NCBI GenBank assembly: GCA_964596525.1
Contig: CAZQUL010000001.1
Location: 268,830-332,829 of the forward strand
Length of the DNA stretch: 64,000 nt
Reading direction: 5' to 3'
Origin: an uncultured Gammaproteobacteria bacterium
GTDB lineage: Bacteria > Patescibacteriota > Patescibacteriia > Magasanikbacterales > GWA2-37-8
Made by a program: the position numbers and the translations under genes. This document shows, one piece after another, positions 10,080 through 19,953 of this stretch; the stretch's first letter is position 1; every line of letters starts with the position of its first letter. The notes beneath the pieces were generated by a model. The model saw only the letters and a list, made by a program, of their open reading frames with translations. It had not been told where the DNA came from and ran no database searches.

Positions 10080-11363
10080 TCAAAAAGCTACCACTTCTCC
10101 CAAATCACCACTCGCAATCTTTTCCTTTCGATCAAAGGTTCCTTCTACACGCCATAGAGTAGACGAGGCTCCGTAACCTTCGCGCACAATACTGAATCCT
10201 TTTGCTGGACCGCCCGATAAAACTTCTTCACGTATATACGAATAGCGCACGGATGAAGACACAAACGTGGCTGTTTTTTTGTTGGTATCGACGAGGAATG
10301 TTTTAACGATGACGGGAAGCTGCTCTTGAGTATCGATATCAATTGAAATGATATGTTGGCCAGTTGAGGGATTTAATTTCCAATCACCAACCCACGGGTA
10401 GCTACTACTCACTACCAGAGGAATTATAGCCGTACGCATAAAGTTCGTATCGTAAAGTTCGAGCCGGGGAATGGGATCTATTTCCGGAGAAGCTTCATCC
10501 CACATGGTACGAAAAGCGAGCACATGCCGAGCGTCAGAGAAACCGAGAACATCAAGCCCGCCTTCGATACTCGGAGTATTAATCGTTTTACTAAGGACTT
10601 TTCTCTGATTATCATAAACACTCCATCCTCCCCCTTCGTAGTATCCTAGCTGAAGAAGCGCAAAACGCCGGTCCATCGTCCAATCCAGGAAGCGGTATGA
10701 CAAGCACGCGCTTACGGTAAATTCAGGACGCGTGAATAATCTTTGTGAGTTCGTATTATATACTTTTCCGGTGTCGGCTATAAAAAAGAGTTCGTGAGGC
10801 TTTAAAAATTGTACGCTTCTAACCATGCCATTGGTTTTTTTGGTTTGGAAGACAATTTTTCTTTGTTTGGTTTTAAGGTTGTAGAGGACGAGAGTGTCAC
10901 CGGAAAGGTCTGTACAGTCGAGGGCCATGCCGGAAAGAGAAGCAAAATCGAGGGGTTTAGCCCGGTATGTATAGGCGAGCCATGTTTTACTAGGTGAAAG
11001 AACGAGATGACGAATAGGGAATTTTTCGTCCAAAATCTTTATCAGATGTATTGAAGATGAAATGTCCGCGCGCCAGATCGTTCTGTCTTCACTATATATG
11101 ATATTTTTTGAGGCGCCGTTAGCAGAAATAACGGTGGCCCCCGGTGGGAGCACGCGGGGGTCGGGAGTTTCAGGTATTGATGAAGGTGCGGAATCCGCTG
11201 CCGTTGCAGCAGACTCTACGGATTGAGGGAGTGGGACGGGAGGCTGAACATTACGAGGTGGGACAGACACAGAATCTCGCCCTACAAACGCGATAAAAAT
11301 ACTTATAACAACGATACCGACAAAACCTGTACCGATTAAGATAATGCGCTGTGTTAGATTCAT
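10080..11363 (-). CDS. Membrane-anchored beta-propeller-like protein
   Basis: N-terminal TM, Pro/Ser linker, LSPSKTWLAY and WTMDRRFALL PD40/TolB-like motifs. Confidence 0.6.
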   Translation of the reverse strand: MNLTQRIILIGTGFVGIVVISIFIAFVGRDSVSVPPRNVQPPVPLPQSVESAATAADSAPSSIPETPDPRVLPPGATVISANGASKNIIYSEDRTIWRADISSSIHLIKILDEKFPIRHLVLSPSKTWLAYTYRAKPLDFASLSGMALDCTDLSGDTLVLYNLKTKQRKIVFQTKKTNGMVRSVQFLKPHELFFIADTGKVYNTNSQRLFTRPEFTVSACLSYRFLDWTMDRRFALLQLGYYEGGGWSVYDNQRKVLSKTINTPSIEGGLDVLGFSDARHVLAFRTMWDEASPEIDPIPRLELYDTNFMRTAIIPLVVSSSYPWVGDWKLNPSTGQHIISIDIDTQEQLPVIVKTFLVDTNKKTATFVSSSVRYSYIREEVLSGGPAKGFSIVREGYGASSTLWRVEGTFDRKEKIASGDLGEVVAF

Positions 11364-11515
11364 AGATACAAGACGCTTGAAATGACTGGAATGACTTTAG
11401 TATACCAGCCCAACCAAAAACACCGACGCGCAGTCGATGTTTAGAGAAATTGTACAGCGTGAAAAAATGTGCGCAAGGCTTTGGTGTGGACAAGAAATAC
11501 ATGCGCAGTTACAGC

Positions 11516-11544
11516 TTGACAAAATGACGTAAAATAGCTATACT
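11516..11544 (+). promoter_or_regulatory. Sigma70-type promoter
   Basis: TTGACA-17 bp-TATACT. Confidence 0.75.
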
Positions 11545-11637
11545 TTGGAGTTATTTCTGGAGAACGATTGCTGTCTTGGGCACCTGTATCTCTGGTGTCA
11601 AAGCTCATCAACCGTTCAGACTACGGAGGAACAAACC

Positions 11638-12474
11638 ATGGGACGTGCAAACTTTTGGACCGATCAGGCTGCGAAAGAAGGTTGGAAGACGTTTCTCGCC
11701 ACCTTTCCGCACCGGCGCTTCGTCGTGGGACTCGCGCATATCGCAGCATTTCTCGCAAAGCGCGGTAGCACGTCCCTGGACTGGGATCCGTTCATTGCAA
11801 CCACACGTACTCTGGCGGACAAATACCTGGTCGTTGACACGGAAGAGGACCTGCAGTGCCACACCTTCGTGACGGAGGGCGGCACTCATACCGTGGACGA
11901 GCCCACCATGCGCGCTGCATGGGCCGGATGGTACGAAGCTTGCCGGATTCACCAGCTCTCGCGTACGTTCACCACCGACGACCTGCGTGCTGCGTATCCC
12001 AGTACGAACGTGCTCTGCCTGACGATCAACTTCGCCCGGGCATGCCTCGAGAGCCCCTTCATGCAGGGCAAGGCCGATGAGGTAGAGAGAGCGACCGTGC
12101 TGGTCGAGGATCTGCTCCGTTCGAGCTACAGGAAAGCCATTCAGCTCCCATCGCGGGAGGTCATGAGGCACCCGGAATACGTTGCGCTGGAAATGGCCGA
12201 TGCTGCGTACTGCAATCGCTGGTTCGCGCTCATTCCCTGCTGGCACGAACGCTGCGCTGACACGGCGCAGGGCCGACACGCCCACATTCTGCCGTGGGAG
12301 TGGCCGCACTGGGCCGAGCCGGAGATCGACTTTCCGACTATCCGCTCGCGGCATCAGGGCGAACGTGTCATTACCGAGCGCTTCGGCAACCGCAAGCTGG
12401 GACCAAGCGCCTTTCAGGAACTCCTGAACAGCCTGGATCGTTCCGGTCTGCCGCAGATCCTGCCGCTCCGGTAG
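11638..12474 (+). CDS. Hypothetical protein
   Basis: GGAGGA SD before ATG at 11638; own promoter; high GC3. Confidence 0.7.
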   Translation: MGRANFWTDQAAKEGWKTFLATFPHRRFVVGLAHIAAFLAKRGSTSLDWDPFIATTRTLADKYLVVDTEEDLQCHTFVTEGGTHTVDEPTMRAAWAGWYEACRIHQLSRTFTTDDLRAAYPSTNVLCLTINFARACLESPFMQGKADEVERATVLVEDLLRSSYRKAIQLPSREVMRHPEYVALEMADAAYCNRWFALIPCWHERCADTAQGRHAHILPWEWPHWAEPEIDFPTIRSRHQGERVITERFGNRKLGPSAFQELLNSLDRSGLPQILPLR

Positions 12475-12548
12475 CGCACCTTCCCGCCAGATATCAAGCC
12501 GAGCACTCAGTTGCTCGGTTTTCGTTTTCTTTGTACGCTAGTTGCACT

Positions 12549-13382
12549 ATGCCCTCCCCTACCCTGCGTGAACTCAGAAAATTCCAGCGAACGGTTTGGG
12601 ATTTTTATGACAAAAATAAACGCGCCTTCGCCTGGCGCGAGACGACGGATCCGTACCAGATAACGGTGTCGGAAATCATGCTGCAGCAAACGCAGACCGA
12701 GCGAGTGGCAAAAAAATTCCCGGAATTCTTGGCAGCGTTTTCGACCTGGAAAAAACTTGCCGACGCTCCGCTCCCCGACCTTTTACGCGTGTGGCAGGGC
12801 ATGGGTTACAACCGCCGCGCCATCGCGCTTCAAAAAATCGCAGTGCGCGTAGTGAACGAATTTGAAGGACAGCTTCCCAACAATCCGGAAATACTCGAAA
12901 CGTTTCCCGGCATCGGACCCAACACCGCCGGTTCCATCTGCGCCTTTGCCTTCAACGCGCCGACGGTATTCATCGAAACCAATATTCGCGCGGTATTTCT
13001 GCATCATTTTTTTGCCGATCAAACCAAGGTGCACGACAAAGAATTACTGCCGATCGTAGAAGCCGCGCTCGTTACCGAACGTGCGCGTGAATGGTACTAC
13101 GCGCTTATGGATTATGGCGTGTATCTTAAAAAACTCCACAAAAATCCCGCACGGCGCAGTGCGCACCACGCGCGACAATCCGCATTCGAAGGTTCGGACC
13201 GGCAAATCCGGAGCGGAATTTTGAAACTGTTATTAAAAATGACAGAGGCGTCGCTTGAAACCATTTTTGGAAACTTTCCCGATACCGACAACGAGCGCGT
13301 GGAGCGTTTGCTTGGACAGCTGGTACACGAAGGCTTTGTAGCGAACGAAAAAGGCATTTTTTGCATCCGTTCGGAAAAATAA
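12549..13382 (+). CDS. mutY: A/G-specific adenine glycosylase lacking the Fe-S motif
   Basis: WRETTDPY, VSEIMLQQT, WQGMGYNRRA, HhH PGIGPNTA; no CX6CX2CX5C after ALMDYG. Confidence 0.88.
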   Translation: MPSPTLRELRKFQRTVWDFYDKNKRAFAWRETTDPYQITVSEIMLQQTQTERVAKKFPEFLAAFSTWKKLADAPLPDLLRVWQGMGYNRRAIALQKIAVRVVNEFEGQLPNNPEILETFPGIGPNTAGSICAFAFNAPTVFIETNIRAVFLHHFFADQTKVHDKELLPIVEAALVTERAREWYYALMDYGVYLKKLHKNPARRSAHHARQSAFEGSDRQIRSGILKLLLKMTEASLETIFGNFPDTDNERVERLLGQLVHEGFVANEKGIFCIRSEK

Positions 13383-13437
13383 AAAGGAGGCTGGAAATTC
13401 CAACCTCACTGTGGGGGCGAATATGCGCCGTAAAATG

Positions 13438-13626
13438 CTAGCGCGCGGAGAAGCTGCGGCGGGGCAGGGTTTCAACGGCCGTGATCAGCTCGTTGCAGCT
13501 ATAGCCGACGATCCCATTGATAATGAGGAATAGAAGTGCGATGCCCGCTTTGGACAGCGGGCGATTGCGCGAAAACGATTCGTCGTCAGGCCTAGACGGT
13601 TCTTTAGAAACTCGAAACGAAGACAT
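13438..13626 (-). CDS. Small single-TM hypothetical protein
   Basis: GGAGGT SD, TTGACG-17-TAGTAT promoter, one hydrophobic segment. Confidence 0.5.
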   Translation of the reverse strand: MSSFRVSKEPSRPDDESFSRNRPLSKAGIALLFLIINGIVGYSCNELITAVETLPRRSFSAR

Positions 13627-13753
13627 GTACACCTCCAGGGCAGGATACTACGTGTTTTTTTGCGTTTCGTCAAGGTTTAAAGGCGCAAAACTAAAAGCAA
13701 ACGACCGGCGTTGAGCCGGTCGGGAGGAGCGCTCGCGTGTAGCGGCGAGCGTA

Positions 13754-14947
13754 TTAGATCTTACGGAAGACGGTGTAGTGGATGGCAAGATCCTTCGTGC
13801 GAAACGCGGCAACGGTTCGCCTGAATATCACCCGATCACCGTGACGAGGGCTTTTTTCTGTCAGCTGCCTCATGTTGTACAGAAAAATCGCCTCACCCAC
13901 GACGACGATCGCTTCGAAGATGGGCGGTCCCCCTTCATCGCCCTCAACCTTGGTGATCTTTTCTACCGTACCCACGGCACACCCTGCTTTGGCCAGCCGC
14001 CTTTCCAAATACTCCTTAACGTTAGGCGGGAAATCAGCCCATCTCATGCAGGCCGTACGATACAACCCGACGAGATCCGTTTCACGATCGAGAAGTTCAT
14101 CAATGGCCACGGCTTCGTTTGGAGTTGCGGCGTGCGAACGAAGTGCCCACAGCCACAAGAGCGGCGCTTTCGCTCCCGCACGGCGGCGGACGTTATGAAC
14201 GATCTGCCACTGCGTCTTAATCTCGAGCGAGCGCAACTGACTGATCGTAAGTGATTCGACATCATCGAGCGACTGCACCGCATGTTCGATGAGTTGGCGG
14301 GCATTTTCTCCGGAACCGAGCCCGGCTCCGATGTAATCCGGGTAGATAAGGCCAATCTCCGGATGCTTGCGGAGCGCGACCTCAAACAGCGGCACGAGCC
14401 ACTCACCGGGGAACTTGTGAAAGTCGCACTGCGGCCAGTTCTTGATAGTCTCGACGATGCAGTCGGTCTTACCGCGCTCGGGCGTGACGCTCTCGAACCT
14501 CTGGCAGACGAGCGCGAGAACATGCTGACGGGGAATGCCGGCGTGAAGCAGCGCACCGACATGCTGCGCACTGCCCCAGCGCACGAAGTATTCGTCAGCA
14601 AATTCCTTCGCCGCGGCGGGCGTGGGGAAAAGGATCTTGAACGTGCGCTTGTCCGCCATATAGATCTGGAAAACGCGCGCCGCCGGATACGATCGGATAA
14701 ACGCGAGCGGGTCGTCGATAAGACCCTTAAAGTCATGGGGAAAGCGCCAGAGCACGTCACCACCGATCGAAAGATCGTGGGCATGAGCGCGTTCATCATC
14801 GGTCCAGATAGCTTCGATCATCTCCTCAACCGACAAGCCGCCGGTGATTAAAGCATTTTCCAATCTTTCGCGGAATTCTTTGATTTCCGAAGGGTTGGTT
14901 AACACGGTGGGTTGAGGCAGGATAGGAACGCACGACGTATCGTTCAT
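13754..14947 (-). CDS. Hypothetical protein
   Basis: Long ORF; GAGGT SD before ATG at 14947; TTGACA-17-TATGGT promoter. Confidence 0.7.
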   Translation of the reverse strand: MNDTSCVPILPQPTVLTNPSEIKEFRERLENALITGGLSVEEMIEAIWTDDERAHAHDLSIGGDVLWRFPHDFKGLIDDPLAFIRSYPAARVFQIYMADKRTFKILFPTPAAAKEFADEYFVRWGSAQHVGALLHAGIPRQHVLALVCQRFESVTPERGKTDCIVETIKNWPQCDFHKFPGEWLVPLFEVALRKHPEIGLIYPDYIGAGLGSGENARQLIEHAVQSLDDVESLTISQLRSLEIKTQWQIVHNVRRRAGAKAPLLWLWALRSHAATPNEAVAIDELLDRETDLVGLYRTACMRWADFPPNVKEYLERRLAKAGCAVGTVEKITKVEGDEGGPPIFEAIVVVGEAIFLYNMRQLTEKSPRHGDRVIFRRTVAAFRTKDLAIHYTVFRKI

Positions 14948-15117
14948 GATTTTACCTCTCACGTACGGGTTTACGAAGGCGGAAAAGAACGGTTTCAGCT
15001 GTCGATTTCTGCTAGCGCATAAACAAAAATCGGCAGCCAAAGTACGCGTCACCATATCACGGACTATTCGTTATGTCAATCATTTATCTACTCCCTACGC
15101 TCCGACGTTCTATTCCC

Positions 15118-15153
15118 TAAAAACACAAAAGCCGTCACACGAGGTAACGGCTG
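15118..15153 (-). terminator. Terminator, copy 1 of an identical 36-bp pair
   Basis: CAGCCGTTAC-CTCGT-GTGACGGCT-TTTGTGTTTTT on minus; identical to 16425-16460. Confidence 0.75.
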
Positions 15154-15211
15154 AGAATGAACAAAAGGGAATGAAAGTTGGAATCGAACTAAAGGCGAGA
15201 AGCGGTAGGCA

Positions 15212-16186
15212 CTACAGGTTCTCGACGAGGCAGGATCCCGTCTCGCCCATGTAGAGCGTGGTGCAGGGATCGCTCTCGAGCTGGCCGTCCTGGCGGAGGT
15301 AGGCCTTGCGGACCTGGACGTTCGCGCCGGTGCGCAGTACGGCGACCTCGTCGCCCGTACGACCCACGGTGTAGATCTTGTTGGGCGCGGCCGGAACCGT
15401 GACGCAGGTGCCCGTGGCGTTGCAGACGTTGACGTTACCACTCACGACGGTGAGGGCGATGAGGCCGAGGTAGACACGGCTCGTTCCCTTCTTCACGAAG
15501 GTGCCGCTGTCCGTCCGATCGAAGGCGTAGGGCGCGTTCCAAGAGAGGGAACGCGGGTCAGCGAGAGTCGACGGGCCCTGGACGCACACGAGGGTGGGGT
15601 CGGTCATGTCGCGCACGGCGGAGCTGCACGGGATGATCGGGGCGACGTACGGGCAGCCGCGGCGGTTCGGATCCGGCGTGGCACCCTGCGCCTCGTCCGG
15701 GCACTGGTCGTCGGCATCCAGCACCCCATCCATGTCGCGATCCTGGGGCATCGGGGTCACGATGGGCATGTCGTTCTTGATGCCCAGGACGACCTCGTCG
15801 ATCTTCTTGAAGGTCCCCTCGAAGCCCGGCGTCGCCAGGTAGGCGCACCAGGCCGGAATGACCTGACCCTGCTCGATCCGGTAGACATACCGGATGTTAT
15901 GCTGGGCGGTGAGCTTCTCCAGACACTGGACCTGGAGCATCTTGTCACCATCCGGGCAGACGACCGCTTCGAACATGATGTCGGCTCCGTAGAAGCTGAT
16001 CCAGCCGCCGGTCTTGGCAGCCTCGGTGCCAGCCTTGTCCATCTTTTCCTGGATGTACATGCCGGCCAGGGAGCTGGGCTTGCCCTCGGTGCAGTAGCTG
16101 ATCTCGCGCTCCGACAGCAGTCCGCAGCCGGACACGAAGGAAGCAAGGCCAACAGCGGCGACCACAAGGCCCTTGGAATTCTTCAT
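15212..16186 (-). CDS. Cys-rich lipoprotein with TSP type-3 Ca-binding repeat
   Basis: Lipobox VSGC; DRDMDGVLDADDQCP; AAGGAG SD; TTGACA-17-TATCCT promoter at 16276-16304. Confidence 0.8.
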   Translation of the reverse strand: MKNSKGLVVAAVGLASFVSGCGLLSEREISYCTEGKPSSLAGMYIQEKMDKAGTEAAKTGGWISFYGADIMFEAVVCPDGDKMLQVQCLEKLTAQHNIRYVYRIEQGQVIPAWCAYLATPGFEGTFKKIDEVVLGIKNDMPIVTPMPQDRDMDGVLDADDQCPDEAQGATPDPNRRGCPYVAPIIPCSSAVRDMTDPTLVCVQGPSTLADPRSLSWNAPYAFDRTDSGTFVKKGTSRVYLGLIALTVVSGNVNVCNATGTCVTVPAAPNKIYTVGRTGDEVAVLRTGANVQVRKAYLRQDGQLESDPCTTLYMGETGSCLVENL

Positions 16187-16424
16187 CTGGACACTCCTTT
16201 TCCTGTTGTCTAGGCTCTGTTGAGCCGTTTTAGAGAACTTCTTCGCACTGGCTTCACCAGGCGATTACAAGTATCAGGATACCATATTTTTGTCACTTTG
16301 TCAAGATAATAACGGAATGGGTTTATGGTCTTTTTTCTCTGCAAATAAAGATGGTATTTATATAAAGAATCGACCAACTGTGGTCGATTTGTAGTGTGCG
16401 CCCGCTCATCTCGCATCCTTACTT

Positions 16425-16460
16425 TAAAAACACAAAAGCCGTCACACGAGGTAACGGCTG
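16425..16460 (-). terminator. Terminator, copy 2 of an identical 36-bp pair
   Basis: Exact match to 15118-15153. Confidence 0.75.
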
Positions 16461-16517
16461 GCAATGCAAAAGAGAATTCGAATCGGAATCAGAATGTACG
16501 TCGGTAGACGATGAGAG

Positions 16518-17522
16518 CTACAGTCCCGACGGGCGGCAGGAGTCGGTGATCATGTTGTCCAGCGTGGTGCAGACCATGCTCTTGGTCACGCCATCCTCGT
16601 AGTAGGCGATCCGGAACTTGGTACCGGCGACGTCCGGGCGGACCGAGACGTACTCGTCACCCGGACGACCGATGGCGAAGATGGTGTTGGCCTTGTTCGT
16701 GAACGAGCTGCAGACGCCGTTCGCGGAGCAGGCCTGGAAGGAGCCGCTCAGGAAGGAGCCGCCGCTGTCGAGGACGATGATGCCGGCGATGATGCGCTTG
16801 CCCTGGACCATCTGCCAGGTGCCGCTCGCGGCCTGATCGAAGGCGTAGGGCGCGGTCCACGAGGTGGTGCGCAGCACGCCGATCTTGGAGGGGTTCTGCA
16901 CGCAGGCGCGCGAGCCGTCATTGCTCCAGCCGAGCGCGCTGCACGTCTCGATGGGCATGGTCGTGCCCGGGCAGCCGCGGCGCATTTGGTCCGGGTTGGC
17001 ACCGGCCACGGTGTCGGGGCAGACGTCGTCCTGATCGCGCACGCCGTCCTGGTCACGATCCGGGCAGCCCTGGAGGGTGCCGGCCGTCATCGGGCACTGG
17101 TCGTGCTCACCGAGGTATCCGTCCTTGTCCGGGTCCGCGGCCGGGTTCATCGGATCGAGCGAGGCGATGACCGTCTGGATGTCCTGGTCGTTCGGGTGGG
17201 CCAGGCACGAGGTCGGCGCGCTCTCACCCTTCGTCACGCGCCGCACGAGGGGCGAGTACTCCGGGGTCGTACGGTTCCAGAGGCAGGCGCGCTGGTCGAG
17301 GACGTTCTTGTCCGAGCAGCACGCGACCGCGCCGGTCTTCATGGTCCAGACGCAGTAGCCGCCATCGGTGGCGCAGGCGGCGTTGCACTCCTTGGCGCTC
17401 TTCTCGTAGGCCGCGCGCTCGGGAGCGTTCCCGGGCATGTCGCAGAGATCAGCGGTGCAGCCATTCAGAGCCACCATGAAAAGCACGGTGAAAAGGCACG
17501 CAAGGCTTCGAGCGATGAACAT
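16518..17522 (-). CDS. Cys-rich lipoprotein with two TSP type-3 repeats
   Basis: Lipobox LNGC; DPDKDGYLGEHDQCP and DRDQDGVRDQDDVCP; paralog of 15212 and 43193. Confidence 0.8.
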   Translation of the reverse strand: MFIARSLACLFTVLFMVALNGCTADLCDMPGNAPERAAYEKSAKECNAACATDGGYCVWTMKTGAVACCSDKNVLDQRACLWNRTTPEYSPLVRRVTKGESAPTSCLAHPNDQDIQTVIASLDPMNPAADPDKDGYLGEHDQCPMTAGTLQGCPDRDQDGVRDQDDVCPDTVAGANPDQMRRGCPGTTMPIETCSALGWSNDGSRACVQNPSKIGVLRTTSWTAPYAFDQAASGTWQMVQGKRIIAGIIVLDSGGSFLSGSFQACSANGVCSSFTNKANTIFAIGRPGDEYVSVRPDVAGTKFRIAYYEDGVTKSMVCTTLDNMITDSCRPSGL

Positions 17523-17610
17523 GGAGAACCTCTCTTTCTTTCTCTCTGTTTTTCAAAAGGCGTTGATGGGCGCCGTAGATTTATGCCGTTTATGGCAACT
17601 ACGACGCGCC

Positions 17611-17639
17611 ATTATAGTCTTTTTTTATGATTATGTCAA
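17611..17639 (-). promoter_or_regulatory. Perfect consensus sigma70 promoter
   Basis: TTGACA-17-TATAAT on minus. Confidence 0.8.
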
Positions 17640-17711
17640 GAATATAACGGGATAAATGTTGCGGGAAGCACCAATTTAAAAACGGCCGGTAGGGCCGTTT
17701 TGGCTAAAAAA

Positions 17712-19271
17712 CTACATTCTCCAGGCGACCATAAGGCCACGCCATGCCTTGACCAGCTCTTCGCGGCCATCGTGGCGGGCACGCTGAGAAGCATGGCGCA
17801 GCGCCTGGCGCAAACGTGTTCCAAAAGGATAGTGGCGCCGCAGCACCTTGAGCACCTCCCCCACCTCATCGACAAACTCGAGAGCCCGGGTGAGGTTGGA
17901 ATTATGCTCGGAGATTCCCAAGAGCCCATCAGCCAAGAAGCCTTCCAGATCGACACGCAGGGCTTCAGTGACAATCTCGGGGCCGAGCTCGGTGGCTTTG
18001 GCACTGGCGAACCACCCGATACCAATAGCGATATCGCGCTTCCAACGAGGCGTTTCGGGCTTGTCGGCGTAGGGGCTGCCGGGCATAAGGAGCGGCGCGA
18101 CGCTAAGGTAATACATCACGCGGCGGCGGATGGCGGCGGCGTTCAATTCTGGATCAACGCCGGGCCGCTTGCGCACCTCGTTGAGTATCTCGTGCAGCTC
18201 CGGGTTGGTAAGGAGCGTTTCTGCCGTCGTGATGGGCTCTACCGGGACCTCGGCGATGAGGCGCTCGACGATCCGGTTGCACTGCTCGGGTGTCAGATCG
18301 GCTGCAGAGCGCAGCAGGTCTTTGGTGGAAAGAGCGACAGGAGCAGATTCGGTTCTTTCTGCCGATGCCACCAGGGGGGCAAACACGCCCATATCAAGTG
18401 CACGTGGGTGGTAGATGGTGATAAAATTCCGCGTCGCATGAGGCATTCCCTCGGTCCATTCACCGCGCAACGCATGGAACTGCCTGCCGGCGATAACACC
18501 CTTCACACGCCAGGGGGTTTCATCGAGCGCACAGCACGCGTCCTGCAGATCCGTAAGTGTCACCGTATCACTGAGCACGTAATTATAGGTAAAGACGCCG
18601 TGGTTATGATCTTCTCTTGAAGAGGACGGGTGCGGGTCGTGGTGATGATGCGCGCAGTGCGCGATGCGGCACTGCAATTCCTTCGCTACCGGACGCTCCA
18701 AAAGGAGCTCGGACGGCAATCCGTGGCCCGAGGGGATGAGAAACAAAGGAATGCCCTGGGCATGGTGCGCAACGTATTCCACCATTTCCTCAATCGCAGC
18801 ATCGGTAATCGCGGCGACCGACGAAGGAAACTTGGTGAAGCCGACGCCGAGCGTGGCAGCCCGGAGCTGGCTAGGAACAATCGCGCCGAGCTCGCGGTTG
18901 GCAGCGAAGTGCCGCACATCCACGAGGGTGATGACAAGCGGATCAAGACCAACGCTCCGAAGCACGGACGGCGCTTCGTCACCCGCGATAAAACCATAGG
19001 GCTCGACAATGAGCCATTCGTAGCGACCGGAAGCAGCGATGTGGCGAAAAACCCGCCGCGCAGACTCCTCATCACGGCAACCAAAGCAGCCGCTGTTGAG
19101 GGTGACGATATCGGCACTGCCAACGAGCGCGGTCGCGTCAGTGGTAGCGCGCGTCCCATCGTCGTTGCAGACGACAGCTACGGTTCCTGGCAGGACGTTG
19201 TGGTTCAGAGTTTCACGAATGAAAGTCGTTTTGCCCGCTCCGGGCGGGCCGAGAATGAGCAGCGTGCGCAT
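17712..19271 (-). CDS. COG0523 (CobW-like) metallochaperone GTPase with unknown C-terminal extension
   Basis: GPPGAGKTT, GCFGC, His-rich linker, CobW_C-like WRVKG; extra ~190 aa. Confidence 0.8.
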   Translation of the reverse strand: MRTLLILGPPGAGKTTFIRETLNHNVLPGTVAVVCNDDGTRATTDATALVGSADIVTLNSGCFGCRDEESARRVFRHIAASGRYEWLIVEPYGFIAGDEAPSVLRSVGLDPLVITLVDVRHFAANRELGAIVPSQLRAATLGVGFTKFPSSVAAITDAAIEEMVEYVAHHAQGIPLFLIPSGHGLPSELLLERPVAKELQCRIAHCAHHHHDPHPSSSREDHNHGVFTYNYVLSDTVTLTDLQDACCALDETPWRVKGVIAGRQFHALRGEWTEGMPHATRNFITIYHPRALDMGVFAPLVASAERTESAPVALSTKDLLRSAADLTPEQCNRIVERLIAEVPVEPITTAETLLTNPELHEILNEVRKRPGVDPELNAAAIRRRVMYYLSVAPLLMPGSPYADKPETPRWKRDIAIGIGWFASAKATELGPEIVTEALRVDLEGFLADGLLGISEHNSNLTRALEFVDEVGEVLKVLRRHYPFGTRLRQALRHASQRARHDGREELVKAWRGLMVAWRM

Positions 19272-19346
19272 GTTCAGCTCCTTGGCACGATAGTAAGAAA
19301 GATCGGCTACCGGTGATTCTTATCACAAGCAGCGGTCTCTTGCCAA

Positions 19347-19952
19347 CTAGCCCGCCATATCCTCCCATTTTGCCACGCGGCCATCGCGGATATAAAACTC
19401 ATGCTTGGACCATTCCTGCAAAAACGTTTCATCATGCTCGAGCGCGCGCACTGCCGGATGATTGATGAGCGTGGACATATCGGCAGCTCCGGGAAACGCA
19501 GCAGAGTCGGTAAGTTGCATGCCGCTCGTACGAGCCAGATACTCGTTTAAAAACGTAAAACGCTTAGTGCATATATAGCCGGGTTTTGAACAGTGGGTAC
19601 GAAAATCAGCGATCGTCGCGATTTCTTGCGGGGTACCGCGGTAAGCTTCACGTTTGTAGTTCATCCAGACGGCAGGCGTGTCGTACTGCATCGCGTCGCC
19701 CAGGAGTTTGAGGCGCGCTGTAAGTGAAGCGAGGCGTCGTATGAGCATATCACGATGGACGGATGGCACAGGTGATGCCAAAACTGCCGCAAGCGTCGTG
19801 TTGGCGGTTTGCGCTTCGAGCGAGGCAGCGGAAAGAAGTGCGGTTTCAACCATGGTTTTCTCACGTTCATACGCTGCGTATACTGCGTAAAGGCGGAGCA
19901 CTTCTTCGGTCAGACGCTCAGTTGAAAGCGGTTGTGAGTGTTTCAAATCCAT
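19347..19952 (-). CDS. Hypothetical protein in the zinc operon
   Basis: Starts 1 nt after the upstream stop (TGAtATG); no recognised motif. Confidence 0.65.
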   Translation of the reverse strand: MDLKHSQPLSTERLTEEVLRLYAVYAAYEREKTMVETALLSAASLEAQTANTTLAAVLASPVPSVHRDMLIRRLASLTARLKLLGDAMQYDTPAVWMNYKREAYRGTPQEIATIADFRTHCSKPGYICTKRFTFLNEYLARTSGMQLTDSAAFPGAADMSTLINHPAVRALEHDETFLQEWSKHEFYIRDGRVAKWEDMAG

Positions 19953-19953
19953 A

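Noticed and set aside
12294-12548. N-terminal extensions in the ORF track (mutY here; also 874, 40538, 52620, 58573)
   Set aside because: They overlap neighbouring genes or terminators; homology starts at downstream ATGs
15118-16460. 36-bp direct repeats as CRISPR
   Set aside because: Only two copies, 1.3 kb apart, no spacers or cas genes
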